Shown here one piece after another: positions 6,045-15,194 of a stretch of 24,714 nt of DNA (position 1 is its first letter; each line of letters opens with the position of its first letter). Source of the stretch: a virus (Duplodnaviria; Caudoviricetes); the IMG/VR virus record IMGVR_UViG_3300043748_000025, positions 1 to 24,714 of that record. One strand, given 5' to 3'. The notes under the pieces were generated by a model, which was not told the origin of the DNA, made no database searches, and worked only from the letters and a program-made list of their open reading frames with translations. The position numbers and the translations under genes were made by a program.

Positions 6045-7559
6045 GTGGTAACCCCCTACCTACTTACGCCCGTACCGAAGGCTGACGTCAAGCGTGGCGA
6101 TGGCGCGGACTTCGTGGGCTTCTCTGAGAGCTTCCTACGGGTCACGAAGGACTCTGTGGGTGGCTCTAGTGGCTCGCTGCTCCAATTCCGTGGCTGGCAG
6201 CGCGATACGTTCGGCAGGCTTCTAGCCCGGCGCCCTGATGGCCGGTATCGACACCGGCAAGCGCTCATCGGAATGCCCCGAAAGAACGGCAAGAGCGCCG
6301 TAGGTGCAGCGCTGGCTATCTTCGGGCTCGTCTCGGGTCCCCGTGGTGGTGAGGTTTACTCCATCGCTGCGGACAAGGAACAAGCCAGGATCGTCTTCGG
6401 CACGGCCAAGAAGATGATTGAGCTAGAGCCTTCCATGGCGAACAGCTTCAACGTCTTCCGGGACGCCATCGAGCTACCTGCGACCGGCAGTGTCTACCGC
6501 GTGCTGTCCGCTGAGGCGTTCACGAAAGAGGGACTGAACCCGCACCTGACCATCGCTGACGAAGTCCACGCACAGCCCACCCGTGAGCTATGGGACGTCA
6601 TGTCCCTCGCTTCCGGCGCCCGGGTAGAGCCGATGATGGTGGGAATCACCACGGCCGGTGTGAAGTCGGATTCCAGTGGTGGCGATTCGCTGTGTTACGG
6701 CATGTACCAATACGGCGAAAAGATCGTGCGTGGGGAGATCGATGATCCTGCTTTCTATTTCGAGTGGTGGGGAGTCGCCGAAAACGCGGACCATCGCGAT
6801 CCCGCCGTATGGGCGTCCGCGAATCCTGGTCTGGGCGATATTGTCTCGGTCGAAGATTTCCATTCAAGCGTACTCCGCACGCCGGAAAGTGAGTTTCGTA
6901 CTAAGCGTCTGAACCAGTGGGTTAGCACGGCGCAGGCATGGCTTCCGGCCGGAGCGTGGGACGAGTGCGCGGGTGGCGACGAGATCGAACCCGGTACCGA
7001 AGTGGTCCTAGGCTTCGATGGCTCGTTCAACAACGACAGCACGGCCCTTGTGGTGGTCACCTGCCCGCAGGACGAAGACGAGAAGCCGCATGTGGACGTG
7101 GTGGCAGCGTGGGAGAAGCCCACTGACGCCGGTCAAGACTGGGCCGTGCCCATCTTCGACGTTGAAGACGCCATCAGGCAGGCATGCCGGAAGTATCAGG
7201 TGCGAGAGATCGTGTGTGACCCGTTCCGCTGGGCGCGCACCTACCAGATTCTTGAATCTGAGGGACTCCCGATTGTGGAGTTTCCCCAGTCTCCGGCCCG
7301 CATGGTCCCGGCAACGCAGCGCTTCTACGAAAGCGTCATGAACAAGACGCTGACGCACAGCGCTGACCCGCGCCTAGCACGGCACCTGTCTAACTGTGTG
7401 CTCCGGACCGATTCGCGCGGCTCGCGCCTGTCCAAGGATGCCAAGGGTTCCCCGCGAAAGATTGACCTAGCCGTGAGCGCTGTCATGGCGCTGGAACGCG
7501 CATGCCAAGAGCCGGAGGTAGCCCCAACGCCCCAATTCTTCAGTTGGGCTGATCTGTAA
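6045..7559 (+). CDS. terL: Terminase large subunit
   Basis: Walker A MPRKNGKS, Walker B IADEVH, ITTAG, nuclease LGFDGS and KIDLAVSAVMA. GTG 6045 follows GGGGGAG. Confidence 0.96.
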   Translation: MVTPYLLTPVPKADVKRGDGADFVGFSESFLRVTKDSVGGSSGSLLQFRGWQRDTFGRLLARRPDGRYRHRQALIGMPRKNGKSAVGAALAIFGLVSGPRGGEVYSIAADKEQARIVFGTAKKMIELEPSMANSFNVFRDAIELPATGSVYRVLSAEAFTKEGLNPHLTIADEVHAQPTRELWDVMSLASGARVEPMMVGITTAGVKSDSSGGDSLCYGMYQYGEKIVRGEIDDPAFYFEWWGVAENADHRDPAVWASANPGLGDIVSVEDFHSSVLRTPESEFRTKRLNQWVSTAQAWLPAGAWDECAGGDEIEPGTEVVLGFDGSFNNDSTALVVVTCPQDEDEKPHVDVVAAWEKPTDAGQDWAVPIFDVEDAIRQACRKYQVREIVCDPFRWARTYQILESEGLPIVEFPQSPARMVPATQRFYESVMNKTLTHSADPRLARHLSNCVLRTDSRGSRLSKDAKGSPRKIDLAVSAVMALERACQEPEVAPTPQFFSWADL

Positions 7560-7569
7560 GGGAATTCGC

Positions 7570-7719
7570 ATGAAGCTCAGTCGGCGCCTGATAGGCGAGA
7601 TAGCCGATGTTCTCGGTATCGGTTGCCTGGTAGGCGCCGGTTGGGAATTCAGCTCAGTTCTCGGGCTGGCTCTGGCCGGTGTTGGCCTGATCGTCATCAG
7701 TCTGGTGGTGGACAAGTGA
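7570..7719 (+). CDS. Small membrane protein (49 aa)
   Basis: MKLSRRLIGEIADVLGIGCLVGAGWEFSSVLGLALAGVGLIVISLVVDK*, with RBS AAGGGA and a GTGA overlap with portal. Not in the supplied ORF track. Confidence 0.75.
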   Translation: MKLSRRLIGEIADVLGIGCLVGAGWEFSSVLGLALAGVGLIVISLVVDK

Positions 7720-8978
7720 GCCTAGCCAGACGAGCCGGTAAGGCCATCCGAGAATCGCGCCTGTACCTCCCGTCCGGTGCGGGGGACCCATGGACGATTC
7801 CCAGCAACGGAAGTCTTGCGGCGTACACAGCAGCCGGTGTCCCGGTCACTGAGGACACGGCAATGCAACTTCTCAGCGTGTCCGCCTGTGTGCGGCTGCT
7901 CGCTGACGCTGTGGCCGGTCTGCCCTTCGACGCTGTGAAGGCTGACGGGGACATTCGCAGGACCGTAGAGCCCCCGCCTGCCATCGTCGCTGACCCGTTC
8001 GGCGGAGCTAGCTCGAACGCGCTGCCTACACGGCGTCAGGGCTTCGTCATGATGATGGTTTCCCTGCTGCTCCGGGGTAACGCCTACTGCCTGGTGCTGT
8101 CGAGGGACAGCTACGGGCGCCCTACTCGCCTGCGCGTGCTCCACCCGGACCGGGTTGACGTTGACTTTGACGCGTACGGCATGCGCCGGTACAAGATCGA
8201 TCGCAAGCCTGTTGACTCGCCTGACGACGTGATCCACATCATGGGTATGACTTACCCCGAATCTCCGTCCGGCATGAGCGTCATCAGCTACGCCCGGCAG
8301 GCCATTGGGCTTGGCTTGGCCGCTGAAGAGTTCGGTTCGCGGTTCTTCGGTGAAGGCGCGCACATGACGGGCGTGGTCGAGATCGATGCGGACCTAGACA
8401 TTGACCGGGCCCGGCAGATCAAAGAGAACTTCTCTGCGTCCCACAGCGGGCTGAAGAACAGTCACACGGTGGGCGTGCTGTCCGGCGGAGCGAAGTGGAA
8501 GCCCATTTCAGTCTCTCCGGAAGATGCTCAGTTCCTGGGCACCCGCGCAGCGCAGAACCTAGACATAGCCATGGTTTTTGGCGTTCCGCCTCACATGCTG
8601 GGGCAGGTCGACAAGACCACGTCATGGGGTACGGGCATCGAGCAACAGGGCTTGGGGTTCCTGGCCTACACGCTGAGCGCATGGCTTGGCCGCTTCGAAG
8701 ACGCGTGGTCCGCCATGCTGCCGCGCCCACAGTCCGCCCGTTTCAACGCTGACGCTCTGCTACGCACCGACACAGCGGGACGATATGCGGTCTACTCCGC
8801 TGCTCGTTCGGCCGGAATCCTCACCACCAACGAAATCCGGGCTATGGAGAATTACGGCCCGGTCGATGGTGGGGACGATATTGCGGCTCCGCTGAACTCA
8901 TCCGCGCCGAAGCTCACGAAGGACAACGGCGCTTCACCGAGTGCACAAAAGGCAGATGCGTTGGGAGCAGTACTATGA
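7716..8978 (+). CDS. Portal protein, HK97 family
   Basis: VSACVRLLADAVAGLP, LLLRGNAY, SPEDAQFL, IAMVFGVPPHMLG and GILTTNEIR motifs. The start is GTG 7716. Confidence 0.95.
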   Translation: MSLARRAGKAIRESRLYLPSGAGDPWTIPSNGSLAAYTAAGVPVTEDTAMQLLSVSACVRLLADAVAGLPFDAVKADGDIRRTVEPPPAIVADPFGGASSNALPTRRQGFVMMMVSLLLRGNAYCLVLSRDSYGRPTRLRVLHPDRVDVDFDAYGMRRYKIDRKPVDSPDDVIHIMGMTYPESPSGMSVISYARQAIGLGLAAEEFGSRFFGEGAHMTGVVEIDADLDIDRARQIKENFSASHSGLKNSHTVGVLSGGAKWKPISVSPEDAQFLGTRAAQNLDIAMVFGVPPHMLGQVDKTTSWGTGIEQQGLGFLAYTLSAWLGRFEDAWSAMLPRPQSARFNADALLRTDTAGRYAVYSAARSAGILTTNEIRAMENYGPVDGGDDIAAPLNSSAPKLTKDNGASPSAQKADALGAVL

Positions 8979-9667
8979 CCGATCTTTCAAGCCGTGGCAC
9001 GCGCCGGAATGTGCGCGAAGACCGCAGACGACCCTTCGAGGGTATGGAACTGCGGGAAGTCGATAACGGGTCCGGCGGCAGCCTGCTGCGCTTCACCGGG
9101 TACGCGTCAGTCACTGAGACTGGCTATGAAATGCAGGACTTTCTAGGCGACTACACGGAAGTAGTGCGCCGGGGTGCCTTCACGAAGACTCTTGCGGAGG
9201 GTGCTGACGTCCCGTTCAAACTGAACCATGACGGGATGACCCTTGCTCGCACGAAGTCCGGCACCATGCGACTCGCTGAGGACTCCACCGGGCTCTACGT
9301 CGAAGCGGACCTAGACCCCGGCAACGGGCAGGTTCGCGATATCCGCTCTGCGATGGAGCGTGGCGACCTTGACGAAATGAGCTTCGCCTTCCGGGTGACT
9401 CGTCAGGAGTGGTCGCCAGACTGGACCCAGCGGGACATCACTGAAGTCAACATGAACAAGGGCGATGTCTCGATCGTCAACTATGGCGCCAACCCGCATA
9501 CCGCTGGTCTAACGTCTCTGCGCGGGCTACTGGCCCCGGGGACCATCATCACTCGCGAAGTGCTTGAAAGCGCCCTGCGAGAGCTGGAAGGCACTCCGGC
9601 CGAAGAGCCGAAGGTGACCCCGGATCTCTCGCTGTACGAAGCGCGCTTGCGTGCGCTGAATCTCTGA
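8975..9667 (+). CDS. HK97-family prohead protease
   Basis: FTGYASV, GAFTKTL, LNHDG, L.EDSTGL, EMSFAF and VSIVNYGANP motifs. Confidence 0.93.
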   Translation: MTDLSSRGTRRNVREDRRRPFEGMELREVDNGSGGSLLRFTGYASVTETGYEMQDFLGDYTEVVRRGAFTKTLAEGADVPFKLNHDGMTLARTKSGTMRLAEDSTGLYVEADLDPGNGQVRDIRSAMERGDLDEMSFAFRVTRQEWSPDWTQRDITEVNMNKGDVSIVNYGANPHTAGLTSLRGLLAPGTIITREVLESALRELEGTPAEEPKVTPDLSLYEARLRALNL

Positions 9668-9671
9668 ACCT

Positions 9672-9710
9672 GCGCCGGTCACCTACAGATTTCTGTACGT
9701 GGTCCGGTGC
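9672..9710. promoter_or_regulatory. Conserved 22-bp inverted repeat, copy 3 (core 9680-9701), with extended stem
   Basis: CACCTACAGATTTCTGTACGTG flanked by GCGCCGG / CCGGTGC. Confidence 0.75.
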
Positions 9711-9723
9711 TGCCCGCCCGGTT

Positions 9724-9795
9724 TACGCCGGAGCCTACGCCGGAGCCCTAGCTACACGGGCCACCACCTAGGCCACCACCTAACTCAAGTGGTGG
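9724..9795 (+). repeat. Two tandem 12-bp duplications in the capsid gene leader
   Basis: TACGCCGGAGCC x2 (9724-9747) and GGCCACCACCTA x2 (9759-9782). GTGGTGG (9789-9795) is complementary to CCACCAC. Confidence 0.75.
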
Positions 9796-9831
9796 GCGAT
9801 TCCCATGAATCGAACCTAGGAAAGGTCCCTA

Positions 9832-11163
9832 ATGGACAAGCGTTCTCTAATTGCCGATCTGGTGGCGAAGCGCTCCGCTGAGCGGACCAAGCTGGACGGC
9901 ATCCTGTCTGAGGCTCGCGGTGCGGACAATGTGCTGTCCGACGAGCAGCGCTCTGCCTTCGATGCCGGTGAGGCTGAGGTGCGTGCGCTGGACGAGCGGA
10001 TCAGCGAGCTAGACGCGCAGGTTCGCGCGGACGATGCTGCGGCTGAGATGGCGAAGCGCTATGCGCCGTCCGGCGTCAAGGTCACCCGTGAGCCGGAGAT
10101 CTACCGTTCCGGTCTGGGCGGCCGGTCGTACTTCCGAGACCTGCACCTGTCCACCTACCGTGGCGACCGGGACGCTACCGAGCGGCTCGCGCGCAACAAC
10201 AAGGGCAGGGAGGTGGAAGAGCGTGCGCTGACCACGGTGAACGGCGCTGGTGGTGAGTTCGTGCCCCCGCTCTGGCTAGAGAAGGAGTTCGTTCGACTCG
10301 CGCGACCGGGCCGGATTACCGGCAACCTGGTTCCGACGCAGGCTCTTCCGTCCGGTACCGACTCGATCAACGTGCCGAAGGTCGCGACCGGTACGGCCGT
10401 TGCGGTTCAGGGCACCCAGAACACTGCCGTTCAGCAGACCGACCTGACCACCACGTCGATTTCGTCCAGCGTGACGACCATCGCAGGTGGCCAGACCGTT
10501 TCGCTTCAGCTCATCGAGCAGAGCCCGCTAAACGTCGATGACGTCATCCTTGCGGATCTCGCTGCGGCCTACGCGGTTCAGTACAACAGCCTGATCCTGT
10601 CCGGCTCCGGCACGGGCGGTAACCCGACCGGTGTCCTGACCCTGTCCGGTACCAACTCGGTCAGCATCACTGCCACCACGGCCGTTGGTCTTTACTCGGC
10701 TATCGCCAACGCGATTCAGCTGATCCACACCAACCGGTACCTTCCGCCGGACACGATCATCATGCACCCGCGCCGTTGGGCCATGCTGCTCGCTGCGGTC
10801 GACTCTTCGAACCGTCCGCTGGTGGTCCCGAACGCCAACAACCCGATGAACGCGCTGGGTACCGCTGGTGAGCCTGTCTCGCAGGGCTACGTGGGCACCA
10901 TTCAGGGTCTGCCGGTCTACGTGGACGCGCTGATCCCCACCAACGGTGGCGCCGGTACGAACCAGGACACCGTGATTGTGGGTCGCTTCGCTGACCTGAT
11001 CGCGTGGGAGGGCAACGTCAAGGCTGAGGCGTTCCCGCAGACCTACGCGAACCAGCTATCCATCTTCGTGCGGCTGTACAACTACATGTCGTTCCAGCCT
11101 GCTCGATACCCGAAGTCCCTTGCGGTCGTCGCTGGTGCCGGTCTGGTTCCGCCCACCTTCTAA
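9832..11163 (+). CDS. Major capsid protein, HK97 fold with N-terminal delta (scaffold) domain
   Basis: Coiled-coil N-terminus, RALTT...GGEFVPP, IIMHPRRW and GTIQGLPVYVD motifs; follows the protease; RBS AGGAAAGG. Confidence 0.95.
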   Translation: MDKRSLIADLVAKRSAERTKLDGILSEARGADNVLSDEQRSAFDAGEAEVRALDERISELDAQVRADDAAAEMAKRYAPSGVKVTREPEIYRSGLGGRSYFRDLHLSTYRGDRDATERLARNNKGREVEERALTTVNGAGGEFVPPLWLEKEFVRLARPGRITGNLVPTQALPSGTDSINVPKVATGTAVAVQGTQNTAVQQTDLTTTSISSSVTTIAGGQTVSLQLIEQSPLNVDDVILADLAAAYAVQYNSLILSGSGTGGNPTGVLTLSGTNSVSITATTAVGLYSAIANAIQLIHTNRYLPPDTIIMHPRRWAMLLAAVDSSNRPLVVPNANNPMNALGTAGEPVSQGYVGTIQGLPVYVDALIPTNGGAGTNQDTVIVGRFADLIAWEGNVKAEAFPQTYANQLSIFVRLYNYMSFQPARYPKSLAVVAGAGLVPPTF

Positions 11164-11172
11164 GTGAGCCTG

Positions 11173-11220
11173 TGACGGTGGGGGTCACCTACAGATTTCT
11201 GTATGTGGCCCCTGCCGTTA
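11173..11220. promoter_or_regulatory. Conserved 22-bp inverted repeat, copy 4 (core 11186-11207), with 13-bp extension; possible terminator or processing hairpin
   Basis: CACCTACAGATTTCTGTATGTG flanked by TGACGGTGGGGGT / GCCCCTGCCGTTA, fully paired if G-U is allowed. Confidence 0.8.
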
Positions 11221-11251
11221 CCCCGGTCCACTGACAACGAAGAGAGGAACC

Positions 11252-11500
11252 ATGAACCCCATCAACTACGCCAACGGGCTCGTCGTAGAGCTTGGCTACG
11301 CGCAGCAGACGAAGGACAAGGCGCGTGAGTCCGGCGTGCGCGAACAGCTCACGTGGGTTGCCGGAGAGCTGGACAAGGTGAACCCCGGTCCGCTCAGCGA
11401 GCACACCAGAGAGCTACTCGAAGAGGCGAAGTCCGCCGTTGCGGATGCGCTGACCAACAAGCCCGGTCGAGCCGCTAAGGCTGCACCTGCGGACGCTTAG
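11252..11500 (+). CDS. Hypothetical virion-associated protein (82 aa)
   Basis: RBS GAGAGGA; located between the capsid and adaptor genes. Confidence 0.75.
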   Translation: MNPINYANGLVVELGYAQQTKDKARESGVREQLTWVAGELDKVNPGPLSEHTRELLEEAKSAVADALTNKPGRAAKAAPADA

Positions 11501-11508
11501 GGGATGAC

Positions 11509-12399
11509 ATGCCGCTGATCTACTTCACTGGGCAGGACGTAGCGCTTACGGCTAACCCGCTCGATGACAGCGGTAACCCCGTCAGTGGCGCTGTGAGCGT
11601 CTCTGTGACCATCACAGACCCTTCCGGCGCCACCAGTACCCCTACGGTCTCCGGGCCCGTCAGTGGGGCGTACACGGCCGTGGTGAGTGCAGTCAGCCTC
11701 TCGGGTGTCTGGCTCGTCCGCTGGAGTGCTACCGGCACGGGCGTGGGCTGGAAGTCAGAGACTCAGTTCCAGGTGCGTCCGCCCGGCGTCGAACAGCTAG
11801 TTGACCTGCCGTCCGTCAAGGCGCACTTGAACATGAACCCTGCTGACACTCGGCAGGATGACGAACTACAGGGCTACATCCTCGCTGCGGGGGAGATAGC
11901 CCGGAACCACTGTGGGCCGTTCATTCCGGAGACTCACACGGAGTACTTCGACGGTGGAACGTCGATGATCGTGCCTTCCTTCCTGCCGGTCGCTTCGGTT
12001 CTGAGCGTGACGGAGTACTACGGACTCAGCACGTACCCGCTCACCGAGCAGCCTCTAGGCGCGCAGAACAACGCCTTTGCCTACACGGTCGATTACTCCA
12101 CCGGGTCCCTCACGCGTCGCACGCTGGGCGGGGAAGCTGCGGTATTCGCCTTCGGCTCGAAGAACATCAAGGTGGTGTACACGGCCGGTCGCTCCGGCGC
12201 TGTCCCCTGGACCGTGCGTCTGGGCGTGCTGGAACTGATCCGGCACCTGTGGCAGATGACCCAACAGGGCGGAGGGCGCCCGAAGTTCAACGCAGGCGCC
12301 TATGACGGGGGAGAAGCTGTGATTCCTACTGGCTTCGCCATCCCGTCCCGCGTGATTGAGCTGTGGCAACCGCTCTACCGGGGGCCGGGGATCGCATGA
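11509..12399 (+). CDS. Head-tail connector/adaptor with an extra N-terminal beta-sandwich domain
   Basis: LVDLPSVKAHLN...DDELQGYILAA...HCG, VVYTAG and VRLGVLELIRHLW are adaptor motifs. The first ~90 aa are beta-rich. Confidence 0.78.
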   Translation: MPLIYFTGQDVALTANPLDDSGNPVSGAVSVSVTITDPSGATSTPTVSGPVSGAYTAVVSAVSLSGVWLVRWSATGTGVGWKSETQFQVRPPGVEQLVDLPSVKAHLNMNPADTRQDDELQGYILAAGEIARNHCGPFIPETHTEYFDGGTSMIVPSFLPVASVLSVTEYYGLSTYPLTEQPLGAQNNAFAYTVDYSTGSLTRRTLGGEAAVFAFGSKNIKVVYTAGRSGAVPWTVRLGVLELIRHLWQMTQQGGGRPKFNAGAYDGGEAVIPTGFAIPSRVIELWQPLYRGPGIA

Positions 12400-12863
12400 C
12401 CATTCCAGCAAGCACGGCACCCGCTGTACGTCAGTGGCTCTTCGACCAGTGCTCCGCCGGTCTGACGCCGGACCCACTGAACCCGCGCGCTTCGCTGATC
12501 GTGTGCTTCGACCAGCCGGGCCCGAACGAGCCTGATGACATCGTGGCAATCGGCCGAGTGCGCAGGCACCTGGAAGTAGCCGGAATGATCGGCGGCGGGG
12601 GAGCGGGCTGGCTTGACGAGCACTACACCGTAGACATCGTCATTGACGTCTTCCGGTCTTCGGACGCTGGCCAGGATGCCTACTCGCGCGCAATGACTCT
12701 GGCGAATGCCGTTGTGGCCATTCAGCGCACAGACCTGACATTGGGCGGGAACGTCATCCGCTCTGTCCCCAAGGGCGATAACGCTGAAGTCGAGTGGGAC
12801 TCAGACCACGGCGGTAAGCACGCAACGGTAACCGTCGAAATCGAGTGCGTAACGAGGATCTAA
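12396..12863 (+). CDS. Putative tail terminator / tail completion protein
   Basis: ATGA overlap with the adaptor; size, position and the RTDLTLGG.V motif fit. Confidence 0.6.
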   Translation: MTIPASTAPAVRQWLFDQCSAGLTPDPLNPRASLIVCFDQPGPNEPDDIVAIGRVRRHLEVAGMIGGGGAGWLDEHYTVDIVIDVFRSSDAGQDAYSRAMTLANAVVAIQRTDLTLGGNVIRSVPKGDNAEVEWDSDHGGKHATVTVEIECVTRI

Positions 12864-13084
12864 TGCCTGAGTTCACATACACCGGCGCGGAAGAGCGCTA
12901 TTACCCGTCACTCTCGCTGCTGGTGGAACCAGGCGACAGCGTGACGCTTGATTCCGACCCTGGGGACGGTCGCTTTCTCCCCTCCGATGGCGCTCCGGCG
13001 CCTGCTCCGGTTGCTGACCCTGCGCCGGTTTCCGAACCCGTGGCTGACTCACAGCCCGATGATTCTCCGGAAGTTGGTGTCTAA
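12863..13084 (+). CDS. Small hypothetical protein with a Pro/Ala/Asp-rich tail (73 aa)
   Basis: TAATG overlaps at both ends, indicating translational coupling. Confidence 0.7.
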   Translation: MPEFTYTGAEERYYPSLSLLVEPGDSVTLDSDPGDGRFLPSDGAPAPAPVADPAPVSEPVADSQPDDSPEVGV

Positions 13085-14049
13085 TGCCGAAGGCAACACA
13101 GCTAAGTTTCCTAGGTATTGCCAAGGAAACGACCCCGGGCACTCCCGTAGCGTCCACGAACTACATCCCTGTTACCAGCATCACCCCGAAGGACAACCTG
13201 ACCCTTCTCGATGACAAGGGTTATCGGGGCTCGCTGGTCGAAGTCTACGATCAGGTGGCCGGTGTCCTTTCCGGCTCGCTTGACTTCGATGGCGACGTGT
13301 TCCCGGACACGGTGGGCTTCCTGCTCGCTGGCATCCTGGGTGACGTCACCACGACCGGCGCAAGCGCCCCGTTCACGCACACCTTCGCCGTGCTCAACAC
13401 TGGTGGCGGACAGCCCACTTCGTACACGCTCAATGACAACTACGTCGCTGGAAACCGGCAGTACCCCGGCGCGAAGTTCTCGGAACTGGGCTTCAAGCTC
13501 TCGGGTGACGGTCTAGTCACCTACAGCGCGAAGACCACCACGTTCGGCAGCGCCACGGCTGTTGCGCCCACTTCGTCCTTCACCAGCGTTCAGCCTCTTG
13601 CCGGTTGGAAGGGTGTTGCCCAGATTGGTGGTGTCACTCAGACGGGCTTCCTGGACGCTGAGGTCACCATCAAGCGCAGCGTCACCGTGATCAACCCGGT
13701 CGATGGCTCGCAGGCGCCTGCCTCGCTGTGGTCCGGCCCGGTCACCGTGGACGGTAAGGCCACCCTGATCATGGAAGACGACACCCAGCTAACCAACTAC
13801 CTGGGTAACTCGAAGGTTGCCATCGATCTCAACTTCACCGCTGGTGCTGGTGCTACGGCCGTTCAGCTTCAGCTTCACATGACGAAGTGCTCCATCAGCG
13901 CTGCGGATATCACGCGCGGTAAGGACTACATCGAAGTCCCGATCACGTGGTCTGCTCTCGCCAACGCTACCGACGTCGGTACTTCGGGCGGTTACTCGCC
14001 TATCAAGGTCACTGTTCAGAACGCAATCACCTCCGGGACGTACAAGTAA
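13084..14049 (+). CDS. Major tail (tube) protein
   Basis: LGIAKETTPGT start, FTHTF, 321 aa Thr/Gly-rich beta protein directly before the tail chaperone. Confidence 0.88.
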   Translation: MPKATQLSFLGIAKETTPGTPVASTNYIPVTSITPKDNLTLLDDKGYRGSLVEVYDQVAGVLSGSLDFDGDVFPDTVGFLLAGILGDVTTTGASAPFTHTFAVLNTGGGQPTSYTLNDNYVAGNRQYPGAKFSELGFKLSGDGLVTYSAKTTTFGSATAVAPTSSFTSVQPLAGWKGVAQIGGVTQTGFLDAEVTIKRSVTVINPVDGSQAPASLWSGPVTVDGKATLIMEDDTQLTNYLGNSKVAIDLNFTAGAGATAVQLQLHMTKCSISAADITRGKDYIEVPITWSALANATDVGTSGGYSPIKVTVQNAITSGTYK

Positions 14050-14480
14050 TGCAGCACATCACCCTTCCTTCCGGCGCCACTGTCGACCTGCGGGACGTTG
14101 CGGACGTGACCGAGCGTCAGCGTCGACCCATCAAGCGCATTCAGACCAAGCTAGCCGGTCTGCCTGCCTTCGTGTCCGCTGTCGAAGAGGCGCAGGCGCA
14201 GACCGATGGTCAGGAACTCACCCCGGAGCAGCAGCTACGCATTGCGGCCGGTATGGGCGAAGCCTTCGACCTACTCGAAGAGCTGAATGACGCTCTGGTG
14301 GTCGCCCTGGTGGCCGGTTGGTCCTTCGGGTTCCCCGTGGTGGTCGACAGCGTGCAGGATCTTCCGGGCCGAGACCTAGACGCGCTTCGCGCTGCTGTCT
14401 CCCCGTACCTGACCCAGCTCAACCCTGACTTCGACCCGTCCCCGGACACCCAGTCCCCTACCGTGGCCTCCGTCGCCTAA
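14049..14480 (+). CDS. Tail assembly chaperone (G)
   Basis: TAATG overlap with the tail tube gene; acidic helical 143-aa protein with the LVAGWSF...VQDLP motif. Confidence 0.82.
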   Translation: MQHITLPSGATVDLRDVADVTERQRRPIKRIQTKLAGLPAFVSAVEEAQAQTDGQELTPEQQLRIAAGMGEAFDLLEELNDALVVALVAGWSFGFPVVVDSVQDLPGRDLDALRAAVSPYLTQLNPDFDPSPDTQSPTVASVA

Positions 14481-14692
14481 CGGAGGCTCTATCCCACAAG
14501 GGTGGGAGCACCTACACGGCGGATGAACTCCCCAGCGAGGAATACCGGATATGGCGCCTGTGCACGCTGCTGCACTGCCGTCCGTCGCAACTCGATGGGG
14601 AGTCCGCCGTAACCCTTGACTGGCTTCTCGCCGTAGACGATGCCGTTGAAAAGGCGCGCCGGATCGTTGAAGAAAGGGCCGCCAATGGCTGA
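14459..14692 (+). CDS. Tail assembly chaperone C-terminal extension (T), read by -1 frameshift
   Basis: The -1 frame is open from 14429 to TGA 14690-14692 (YRGLRRLTEAL...WRLCTLLHCRPSQLD...AANG*) and has no ATG or RBS of its own. Confidence 0.72.
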   Translation, partial: YRGLRRLTEALSHKGGSTYTADELPSEEYRIWRLCTLLHCRPSQLDGESAVTLDWLLAVDDAVEKARRIVEERAANG

Positions 14693-15182
14693 GGGATTCG
14701 GCGCAGTAGTCAAGGGAGTTGGTGAAGTTGGCGTCAGGCTGAGTGAGATGCAGGTGGCATCGAACGAAGCAACACGCGTGGCGCTGGGTAAGGCAACTTC
14801 ATACACGAAGGGACGCATCAAGGGCGGGATGCGTGGCCGACCACGATGGGGCCACAAGGGGCCGGACCCTGAAACGGGTGCCCCTGCCGTCCGTACCGGC
14901 CGTACGCCGGACCACATCAGCCGGTCCGGTGGCCCGGGTGTTCTGACCGGAGATCTCCGCCGGTCCATCCGGAAGAGCCGTAAGGCCAGACCTGACGCTG
15001 AGGGCGGTTGGTCACAGGTGGTCATGGCCGGTGGCGAAGCGGGTTTCCAGAACCGCTACAAGGCCACGGTTGAAGGCAAATACCCCTACTTCAAGCCCGG
15101 AGTTGAGAAGGCATCACCGAAGGTTCGCGGGTTCTTTGAGGGCGCGTGGGCTGCTGCGGTGAATGGCAAGAAGCGAATATAG
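14685..15182 (+). CDS. HK97 gp10-like tail/neck completion protein
   Basis: PGVLTGDLRRSI and KYPYFKPG motifs; basic 165-aa protein; ATG 14685 follows GAAAGGG. Confidence 0.7.
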   Translation: MAEGFGAVVKGVGEVGVRLSEMQVASNEATRVALGKATSYTKGRIKGGMRGRPRWGHKGPDPETGAPAVRTGRTPDHISRSGGPGVLTGDLRRSIRKSRKARPDAEGGWSQVVMAGGEAGFQNRYKATVEGKYPYFKPGVEKASPKVRGFFEGAWAAAVNGKKRI

Positions 15183-15194
15183 GGAGGTACCCAA

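Noticed and set aside
9724-9782. Mini-CRISPR interpretation of the direct repeats
   Set aside because: The repeats are 12 bp, directly adjacent without spacers, and there are no cas genes.
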